This document shows, one piece after another, positions 47,250 to 54,439 of a stretch of 54,439 bases of DNA (within the stretch, counting starts at the first letter, position 1; each line of letters starts with the position of its first letter). Both the position numbers and the translations under genes were made by a program. The stretch comes from a virus (lineage: Duplodnaviria > Caudoviricetes): positions 1 to 54,439 of the IMG/VR virus record IMGVR_UViG_3300025674_000054. The stretch is one strand, 5' to 3'. The notes under the pieces were generated by a model. That model saw only the letters and a list, made by a program, of their open reading frames with translations, was not told the origin of the DNA and searched no databases.

Positions 47250-47716
47250 TGAAAAAAATAGTTTATCTTCACGGTTTAGAAAGCAAAGCAGGTGGTCCTA
47301 AGGTTGATTTCCTTGCTACTAAAGGTATGGTTTATGCCCCTGAGATGGATTATGAAACATTAGATTTAGAAGAGTTAATGGGTAAAATTGGTAAACCTGA
47401 TATAATTATAGGTTCTAGTATGGGTGGTTATATTGCCGATATATTAGGATCTCAATTGGGAGTAGATGTTTTACTGTTTAACCCTGCTTTGCATAGTAGA
47501 AGTATTGAGTTTGATTTTGATGGTGGAACTGGTTATGGAAATAAAAATTATAAACGTACTATTATTTTAGGTACTGAAGATGATGTTATAAATCCTGAAG
47601 TGACCAAAAAACTATGGCCAGTTTATGATAATTCTGCTAAATTTGAGGAAATAGAGGGCATGGGTCATAGAACGTCACTTGATGTGTTTGTTAATATGTA
47701 TAATAAACATGCTTAA
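47249..47716 (+). CDS. alpha/beta hydrolase, YqiA/UPF0227-like esterase
   Basis: YLHGLES, GSSMGG nucleophile elbow, LFNPAL, EDDVI, MGHR. Confidence 0.88.
   Translation: MKKIVYLHGLESKAGGPKVDFLATKGMVYAPEMDYETLDLEELMGKIGKPDIIIGSSMGGYIADILGSQLGVDVLLFNPALHSRSIEFDFDGGTGYGNKNYKRTIILGTEDDVINPEVTKKLWPVYDNSAKFEEIEGMGHRTSLDVFVNMYNKHA
47694..47704 (+). promoter_or_regulatory. putative late promoter variant ATATGTATAAT
   Basis: Embedded in the 3' end of the esterase gene, upstream of the ATG at 47719. Confidence 0.55.
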
Positions 47717-47718
47717 TT

Positions 47719-48252
47719 ATGATCAAGTTAGTAGATCTTCTTAATGAAATAGATATACCTAAGAATGAATGGAAACCTATTTCTAAAGATGAATTAAAGG
47801 GTATTGAAAAACAAATTCTAGATTTAATTAATACAGCTTATGGACCTATTGGTGGTCATCCTAACTATAAATCTGTAGATGATTTAGTAGGTTCTGAATA
47901 TCAAGTAATCGATTTAGATAGTGATCCTGAATTAGATGCTGTTACAGTAACTAAACAAAGATCAGGAGGTACAAAACATGTTGGAATAGGTCATGATAAT
48001 TCAAGCCCAGCTAAAAGAGCAACTATAACTCGTACAATTGATAAATTAGATGAACCTGGAAATTATATAGAAGCATCAGGTGCTATTGAAGGTATCTTAC
48101 GTAAAGCAGGAGTAGTACAAGTTACAGATGAAGAAACTATTCGTAAAGCTTTAAAAGGCAAAGAAATAGAAATGCATAGTGATGGTTCTTACGATAGAAT
48201 CTTAGGTGGTAAAAAATATAAAAAAACAATGTTTGGAATTCCAAGAGTATGA
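47719..48252 (+). CDS. hypothetical protein with MIKLVDLLNE leader
   Basis: Clean ORF; leader resembles that of the next gene. Confidence 0.75.
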   Translation: MIKLVDLLNEIDIPKNEWKPISKDELKGIEKQILDLINTAYGPIGGHPNYKSVDDLVGSEYQVIDLDSDPELDAVTVTKQRSGGTKHVGIGHDNSSPAKRATITRTIDKLDEPGNYIEASGAIEGILRKAGVVQVTDEETIRKALKGKEIEMHSDGSYDRILGGKKYKKTMFGIPRV

Positions 48253-49049
48253 TAAGTTTAATGCAATTATTAAAAGAAGCACAAGGCGAACCTAAAGCCA
48301 TTATATTAGCAGGAGCACCTGGAGCAGGTAAGGGGTTTATCTTACGTGGTCTAGATTTAGGAGGTTTAAAAGTATTAAATGTAGATAATATTTTTATTGA
48401 AAAATTAAAACAGGCTAATGTCAGTTTGGATTTAAAAAATGCTACACCTGAAGAAAGAAGTGAGCAAGCAAAACAAATGGCGGCAGCTAATAAAGAGTTT
48501 AAAGGTGAATTACAAAATGTAATAGATGGTAAACAATCATTTATATTAGATGGAACGGCAGCTTCAGTTAAAACAACAACTAAATTAAAGGATGAATTAG
48601 AAGAAGCGGGATATGATGTATTTATGCTTTATGTTTATACTGATTTAGAACGTTCACTAATGCAAAATCAAGATAGATTTGAAAAATCAGGTGGTGAAGA
48701 TAGAAGTTTAGCACCTGCTATTGTAATGCGTACTTGGCTATCAGTAACTAAAAATTGGGCACCTTATAAAGAAATGTTTGGTAATAATTTTGTTTCCGTA
48801 GCTAATACATTAGAAGATGAAAAATTAAAAGATGTTGCTGATGTAATTAAAAAATATTTAGACCCATTTAAACCAACAGGAACTAAACCTAAAACAGCAG
48901 CTCAACAAGCTAGAAGTGATAAACAAAAGGCTGAAACAAATGCCCAAATACAAGCTTTATTAAGTGATGATGGAGCTAAAGAAATTATAGATGGTTCTGT
49001 ATCTAAAGAAGAAGCACAATCTAAAATTAAACAATTTTTATCTAAATGA
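48249..49049 (+). CDS. P-loop kinase (zeta-toxin/AAA_33-like) with MISLMQLLKE leader
   Basis: ILAGAPGAGKG Walker A, FILDGT Walker B, LEEAGYDVFMLYV. Confidence 0.8.
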   Translation: MISLMQLLKEAQGEPKAIILAGAPGAGKGFILRGLDLGGLKVLNVDNIFIEKLKQANVSLDLKNATPEERSEQAKQMAAANKEFKGELQNVIDGKQSFILDGTAASVKTTTKLKDELEEAGYDVFMLYVYTDLERSLMQNQDRFEKSGGEDRSLAPAIVMRTWLSVTKNWAPYKEMFGNNFVSVANTLEDEKLKDVADVIKKYLDPFKPTGTKPKTAAQQARSDKQKAETNAQIQALLSDDGAKEIIDGSVSKEEAQSKIKQFLSK

Positions 49050-51940
49050 GTTTAGTAAATGAGTTAGTAAAAGGGTTATTACCTGAAGAAGAAAAAAAGG
49101 TAGTAGCAGTATATGGAGGTGGTTTTAAACCACCAACTAAAGGTCATTTTGAAGTTGTAAAACAAGCAATTAAAGAAAATCCTAATATTGATGAGTTTGT
49201 TATTAACATAGGTGGTAAAGCTAGAGATGGTGTTACACCTGAAGAATCAATTCAAATTTGGGATATCTACAAACAATACCTCCCAGTTTCAGCTAACATT
49301 AATATCCAATATAGTAGTACTCCTCCTATAAAGGCAACTTATGATTATGCTAAAAACCACCCTGATGAAGAAGTATTATTTATTTTAGGTGCTAGAGAAG
49401 GTAATGAAGATGATTTTAAAGATATATCTTCTAGAACTAAATCTTTAGATAAATATCCTAATTTAAATTTACGTACTATAGTAACCAAAGGAGGTGTATC
49501 TGGTACAGCGGCTAGAAATGCTGGTAAAATAAGCAAAGAAAAAATAAGACCATTCCTACCAGATGAATTAAAAGACGAAGAAGTAGAAGAAATTTACCAA
49601 ATGGTATCTGATAAAGTAACTGAAAATATAAGTGAAAGTAAACAGGTTGGTACTTTATATCATTATACATCAGCTAATGGATTAAAGGGTATACTTCAAT
49701 CTAATAGTATTAAAGCTTCTGAGGAATACTATTTGGGTAATGATTTATATTTTGTATCTTTTACTAGAAATAAAAATTTCCATAAAAAAGGTTCAGCATT
49801 TGATGTTTCAATGGATTATAGAATTGCATTAGATGGTAATAAATTATCTAATAAATATAAAATTACACCTTTTGCTTATATACCTGGATGGAATTACAAA
49901 GACAATTGGGAATATGATTGGTTAGATGACGAGCCAGAAAGTGTGGTAAGGGATTTTTTAAATGCTTCTGGAGATTATGATGAACAAGAAGAAAGAATAA
50001 ATTTTAAAAAACCAGGTAGTTCAATAACTAATATAAAAGATTATATTTTAAAAATAGATAAGGTATCTGAATTAACTGAAGGTAGAAAAAAGAAAAAAGA
50101 TCCTAAAAAAGGTACAGGTAAAAAACCAGAAGGTTCAGGACGTAGATTATACACAGATGAGGATCCAAAAGATACAGTTGGTATTAAATTTAGTACTAGA
50201 CAAGATATAGTAGATACTTTAAATAAAAAATCATTTAAAGCTAAATCACATGCTAGACAATCTCAAATTATTAATTTAATTCATCAAAGAACTAGAGCAG
50301 CTTATAACAGAGCTAAAGATCCTAAAGTTAAAAAACGTTTAAAAACAGCTTTAGACTATATTACTAAACGTAAAGAAGCATCTAAAAAGAAAACACAACG
50401 TTTGAAAAATTTAAAAGAAAATGCTACCTATTCTCAACACATAGACATAATTGAAAAAATAGCTGAATTAACTAACTATATGATAGAAAGTGGTTTAAAT
50501 ATTGAACCACTACCTAGTATGGAATTTATAGATGGGGATACAGAAAATGCTAAAGATTTTTTCGGTAAAACAGCATATTACGATCCCAATAAACAACATA
50601 TTGTTTTATATACTGAAGGTAGACATCCTAAGGATATATTACGTTCATATGCACATGAAATGATACATCATATCCAGTATTTAGAAGATAGATTACATAA
50701 CATCACTACTACAAATACTAATGAAGATGAAGATTTAGATGCTATTGAAAAAGAAGCATATGTAAGAGGTAATATGACATTTAGAAATTGGACAGATTCA
50801 ATTACAGGTGATAAGTTAGAAGAAAATTTAAACAATCCTAATTTAACAAAGCAATTAAAAAATTATATAGAGGATTACACAGATATTAATATAAATTTAT
50901 TAAAAGACCTACTTAAAATAAAAAATAAATATCCTAAACAATTAGACCCTAGAGTTGGAGGTAATAAATTTGGATATAGAGGTACTACATTTAGTAAAGA
51001 GTTTATAGATAAATTAAAAGTGAAATCTAAGGTTAATGGAGTAACAGAATATGAAGTTCCTCCTAATTTAAAAATTAATTCAAGAGGAAAAAGAGGTTTT
51101 TTAAGTTTTTCAACAGATGAAGAAGTAGCAAAGGGATTTGGACACTATTCAGGATATGTAGATTATAAAAAATCAGATGATAGAGTAGGGGGATATGTAA
51201 AAGTATCTTTAGATAATCCTAACTTTATTATCCATCCAGATTATATGGGAGAACTTTCTAAAGATATGGAATATTCTAAAGATAATGAAAAAGAAACTTT
51301 ATATGTAGGTAATTCTTTTACACCCGAAAGTATATTTGTTATTGATAAAGATATATATGATACTTTAACAGAAGGTAAGAAAAAAGATCCATTTGGTTTA
51401 TTAGCATATGCTCAAGAATTAGGTCGTTTAAGAGAGGAAGAAAGCGAGTATAAAGTTTATTTAGATATGGATGGTGTATTAGCTGATTTTGATCAACGTT
51501 TTAGAGATATATCTGGAATGGAACCTAAAGATTTTGAAAATAAATATGGTACAAAAGAATTTTGGAATCTTATAGACGAAGAAAATAAAATTAAATTTTG
51601 GGTTGGTATCCCCGTAATGTCAGGTGCTGCTGATTTAGTAGATGCTGTTAAAGATTATAATTATGAATTATTAACATCACCATCATCTAAAAAGCAATCT
51701 TATTTAGGAAAAATACTTTGGGTAAAAAATCATACAGGTGACGTGTTTCCCTCAAAACCTCGTATTAACTTTAAGAAAGCAAAAGAGAAACACCTTGTTA
51801 AACCACAGCTAGCAAAAACAGATATTCTAATAGATGATAGAGAAGATACTATTGGAAGGTGGAATGCATCAGGTGGTACTGGTATAGTGTATAAAAGTAT
51901 AGGTCAGGTATTAGGTGATCTAAAAAAATTAGGTTTATGA
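49046..51940 (+). CDS. multidomain polyprotein-like ORF: HxGH nucleotidyltransferase, ART-like, basic domain, zincin, ART-like, HAD nucleotidase
   Basis: GGFKPPTKGH..VSGT; LYHYT/VSFTR/EQEE; RRLYTDEDPK; AHEMIHH; YRG/SFST/EKE; YLDMDGVLADF..LIDDR. Confidence 0.8.
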   Translation: MSLVNELVKGLLPEEEKKVVAVYGGGFKPPTKGHFEVVKQAIKENPNIDEFVINIGGKARDGVTPEESIQIWDIYKQYLPVSANINIQYSSTPPIKATYDYAKNHPDEEVLFILGAREGNEDDFKDISSRTKSLDKYPNLNLRTIVTKGGVSGTAARNAGKISKEKIRPFLPDELKDEEVEEIYQMVSDKVTENISESKQVGTLYHYTSANGLKGILQSNSIKASEEYYLGNDLYFVSFTRNKNFHKKGSAFDVSMDYRIALDGNKLSNKYKITPFAYIPGWNYKDNWEYDWLDDEPESVVRDFLNASGDYDEQEERINFKKPGSSITNIKDYILKIDKVSELTEGRKKKKDPKKGTGKKPEGSGRRLYTDEDPKDTVGIKFSTRQDIVDTLNKKSFKAKSHARQSQIINLIHQRTRAAYNRAKDPKVKKRLKTALDYITKRKEASKKKTQRLKNLKENATYSQHIDIIEKIAELTNYMIESGLNIEPLPSMEFIDGDTENAKDFFGKTAYYDPNKQHIVLYTEGRHPKDILRSYAHEMIHHIQYLEDRLHNITTTNTNEDEDLDAIEKEAYVRGNMTFRNWTDSITGDKLEENLNNPNLTKQLKNYIEDYTDININLLKDLLKIKNKYPKQLDPRVGGNKFGYRGTTFSKEFIDKLKVKSKVNGVTEYEVPPNLKINSRGKRGFLSFSTDEEVAKGFGHYSGYVDYKKSDDRVGGYVKVSLDNPNFIIHPDYMGELSKDMEYSKDNEKETLYVGNSFTPESIFVIDKDIYDTLTEGKKKDPFGLLAYAQELGRLREEESEYKVYLDMDGVLADFDQRFRDISGMEPKDFENKYGTKEFWNLIDEENKIKFWVGIPVMSGAADLVDAVKDYNYELLTSPSSKKQSYLGKILWVKNHTGDVFPSKPRINFKKAKEKHLVKPQLAKTDILIDDREDTIGRWNASGGTGIVYKSIGQVLGDLKKLGL

Positions 51941-52512
51941 GCAAAGATAATGTCTTAAAAAAGCAATTTCAAGAAAAAGATGTACAACGTTTACGTAATT
52001 TAATAACTGGTAAACATGGTGCTAAAACACGTTCTAGTGTTGGTTTCTCTAAAGCAGATGAATTTTATGCCGAAGGTGACATTTGGGAAGCAGATGGCCG
52101 TACTTGGACTATCAAAGATGGTATTAAACAAAATATAACAAAGCTAGATAAAGCTAAAAAAGCACATATTATGCCTTTACTTTGCCCTAAATGTAGCAAA
52201 GTAATGAAAAAACGAAACGATAAACCTGCTTACAATTTACATAAAATGTGTTTTGATTGTGTTGCTAAAATGGAACATCAAATTAGATTAGATGGTAAAT
52301 GGGAAGATTATACTAATAAGCTTCATAATCAGCAAATTGACCATAATTTAGAAGAATTTAAAGCTTTTATAGAAGAAAAATTGGTAGAATCAAATAATTC
52401 ATTTGTATCAGAAGATGGAGATGTTGAAAAGTGGGTAGGTAAACTAGATAAAGAAAAAGTAAAAGAATATGTAGATTCAGTAGTTGAATATGCTAATTCA
52501 CTTAAAAAGTAG
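51937..52512 (+). CDS. hypothetical zinc-finger protein
   Basis: CPKC...CFDC; EGDIWEADGRTWTIKDGIKQ. Confidence 0.75.
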   Translation: MSKDNVLKKQFQEKDVQRLRNLITGKHGAKTRSSVGFSKADEFYAEGDIWEADGRTWTIKDGIKQNITKLDKAKKAHIMPLLCPKCSKVMKKRNDKPAYNLHKMCFDCVAKMEHQIRLDGKWEDYTNKLHNQQIDHNLEEFKAFIEEKLVESNNSFVSEDGDVEKWVGKLDKEKVKEYVDSVVEYANSLKK

Positions 52513-52518
52513 CTTTAT

Positions 52519-52529
52519 ATATTTATAAT
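52519..52529 (+). promoter_or_regulatory. putative late promoter ATATTTATAAT
   Basis: Exact motif upstream of the ATG at 52542. Confidence 0.7.
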
Positions 52530-52541
52530 AAACACTCTATT

Positions 52542-53807
52542 ATGAAAGATAATTTTGACCTTTATTCATGGAATAAAAATCGCTATTTGGGGAAAGCTCA
52601 TGTAGCTAAAGAAACTAAAGACGAAAATTTCGATTTACATGAATGGAATAAAAAACGTTATTTAGGTGAATTGGATATTAATACCACTGGTGGTGATACT
52701 GATGTTGATAACCTAAATATAGATAAAGGTGGAGATGATGCTAAAATGGGAGCGGAATTAGAATCAGATGCTAATGTAGTAGGAGAAAACCAATCTCATT
52801 TAGAGTTTTTACAAAAGTATTTATCAAAAATGCACCCTGAATTAAGGTGGGAAATTAGTTTTGGAGAAAGGCTTGATGCATACGGCTCAGCCCAAGACTT
52901 AGCAAATTTTGGAAATAAATATCATGGTAAAAAATTTGGTGACTATGAAGTATTTCATGTAGATGATGATGATAGATTAGATATTGTTCGTGTTATTAAA
53001 TCTTCTAAATTAAGAGAAAATAAATCTTACCATACAGAAGAACATGCTAGATTTTTAACAGCATTGAGAGACTCAGGTGTTACTAATATGTTTGGTGCTG
53101 GTCCTTATTTAGCAGCAGAATTTGATTTAGACCAAAGAGAAGCTAGAAAAATATTAGCTAGTTGGATGGAATCATTTTCAGAAAATTTAAATGAAAGTTA
53201 TATGTACAAAGGATATAAAGACAAACATTTTGATATTTGTCCAACAGCTGAGGCTTTAAGAGATAGATTATTAGCAGGTGAATTTAAAGATACTAGTTGG
53301 GCTACAGGAACTGATTTTGAGAAAGAAGTAGGTGAGTGGCTTTACCAACATGATATTTTATTTGGTACTGAAAAACAAATATTAAAAGATAAAGAAGGGG
53401 ATGAAAATGATTTAGAAGTAGCAGAACAAGCTGTAGATAGAATTGTAAATTTATCTCGTGATTTAGGTATTCCTGCTAGTGAAATAAATGCTTATATTCC
53501 TGCTCATATTAAAAAAATTAAGGATATAGTTGAATATAGTTCATTAACTGAAAGCATTAAAGAAACAATTCGTTTTATCAAAGAAAACAACCCAGAATTT
53601 ACCAATGAAGAGATTAAAGCTGAATTAAAAGAAATTAAAGCATTAGGTGAGCAATTAGATGAATCTATGTGTAAAAGAGGAAAAAATTATATGGCTGCTA
53701 GAAAAAGAGCAGGCGAAAAATCCTCAGCTTACTTATCAGGTCGCGGTGTTAAAGTATGTAAAGGTCAGATTAAAGGAGCTGATGGTAAAAAGAAAAAATC
53801 ATATTAA
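52542..53807 (+). CDS. multi-segment hypothetical protein with duplicated N-terminal motif and L-x-E linkers
   Basis: NFDLxxWNKxRYLG twice; LRE, LNE, LTE, LDE junctions; basic C-terminal domain. Confidence 0.75.
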   Translation: MKDNFDLYSWNKNRYLGKAHVAKETKDENFDLHEWNKKRYLGELDINTTGGDTDVDNLNIDKGGDDAKMGAELESDANVVGENQSHLEFLQKYLSKMHPELRWEISFGERLDAYGSAQDLANFGNKYHGKKFGDYEVFHVDDDDRLDIVRVIKSSKLRENKSYHTEEHARFLTALRDSGVTNMFGAGPYLAAEFDLDQREARKILASWMESFSENLNESYMYKGYKDKHFDICPTAEALRDRLLAGEFKDTSWATGTDFEKEVGEWLYQHDILFGTEKQILKDKEGDENDLEVAEQAVDRIVNLSRDLGIPASEINAYIPAHIKKIKDIVEYSSLTESIKETIRFIKENNPEFTNEEIKAELKEIKALGEQLDESMCKRGKNYMAARKRAGEKSSAYLSGRGVKVCKGQIKGADGKKKKSY

Positions 53808-54079
53808 TGATTCCAAATTACGAAGAAATATTACGTGAATCTTTAAAAGATTGGTTTGGCAAAGAAGATTGGGTCCGAATTAACACTTCAGGTAATATAG
53901 CTGGTAAATGTGGTACAATGAAAAAAGGCAAAGCTACAACAAGATGTTTGCCTAGAAAAAAAGCACAATCACTTACAAAGGCAGAGCGTAAAGCAACTGT
54001 AGCTAAGAAAGTACGTGGTAGTAAAAAAGGCAAACAGTTTGTGAAAAACACAGATAAAGCCGAATTTAAAAAGAAATAA
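53807..54079 (+). CDS. small basic protein (DUF5872-like) with ILRE leader
   Basis: SLKDWFGKEDWV...CG...RCLPRKKAQSLTKAER; Lys/Arg-rich. Confidence 0.7.
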   Translation: MIPNYEEILRESLKDWFGKEDWVRINTSGNIAGKCGTMKKGKATTRCLPRKKAQSLTKAERKATVAKKVRGSKKGKQFVKNTDKAEFKKK

Positions 54080-54439
54080 ATGAAATTTATATATTCATTA
54101 TTAATACTACTTCTTACTAGTTGTGGTGTCCAATGGCAATACACAACCTTAAATCACGCTGCTCAAGTAGATTCTATCTATAGTTCCCCAAATATTCAAA
54201 TTGATACTATCAATTCAGCATCAGATTTAAGATGGAAATTAAGAACCGATTTTAATTTTAGATATGATTTTGCACAATATGCAATGCAACAACCTTATTC
54301 TTGGTATTGGAATAATCCAAGATTAGAAGGTATTTGGAGACCATATAATAGATTTGATGTATATTTTTATAGTAATTGGTTTTGGAATGATTGGGCATTT
54401 AATTATCCATTTCATCATACTTGGGGCTGGAATAATTGG
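54080..54439 (+). CDS. lipoprotein, partial (runs off the window end)
   Basis: Manually translated MKFIYSLLILLLTSCGVQWQY...; lipobox LTSC; Trp/Tyr/Asn-rich; open to the end of the window. Confidence 0.75.
   Translation, partial: MKFIYSLLILLLTSCGVQWQYTTLNHAAQVDSIYSSPNIQIDTINSASDLRWKLRTDFNFRYDFAQYAMQQPYSWYWNNPRLEGIWRPYNRFDVYFYSNWFWNDWAFNYPFHHTWGWNNW

Noticed and set aside
48249-49049. Epsilon-zeta toxin-antitoxin pair
   Set aside because: No recognisable antitoxin; only the P-loop fold is supported, and the context is a late operon.
1-54439. Stop-codon reassignment (alternative genetic code)
   Set aside because: Genes tile densely under the standard code, with TAA, TAG and TGA all used as stops; no suppressor tRNA.

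Overview
AT-rich, gene-dense segment of a large tailed phage with a contractile-tail-type baseplate, most likely infecting a Bacteroidota (flavobacterial) host. Host evidence: Bacteroidota-style -33/-7 promoters, A-rich start contexts without Shine-Dalgarno, and a lipoprotein with a C-S-K-E-E motif. Layout: (1) 1-880 is mostly non-coding, with a highly base-paired ncRNA candidate, ~11-bp-phased short repeats and a terminator; (2) 884-9473 holds accessory genes (2OG-Fe(II) oxygenases, thioredoxin, DUF932, nucleases, tRNA-Leu(UAA), HD hydrolase, sigma-like factor); (3) 9463-41921 is the baseplate/tail-fibre module, including a 2957-aa baseplate protein and a 4070-aa fibre built of proline-free Gly-Ser/Thr-Ser repeats, repeated spacer domains, Cys-rich GG heads and an S74 chaperone; (4) 41957-46530 encodes a glycosyltransferase, a GIY-YIG nuclease, an AspH-like/riboflavin-kinase-like fusion, primase and an exonuclease; (5) 46544-54439 is a largely late-promoter-driven cluster whose proteins carry L-x-E leaders and linkers, including a six-domain polyprotein-like ORF (nucleotidyltransferase, two ADP-ribosyltransferase-like domains, basic domain, zincin, HAD phosphatase). 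Best novel-system candidates: a head-packaged, protease-processed effector polyprotein cassette; a possible virion-glycosylation system ([ST]-[GAS]-S motif, GT9 enzyme, GTS fibre); and the structured ncRNA. Two promoter classes are readable directly from the sequence. All protein calls are by-eye motif recognition; no database searches were run.
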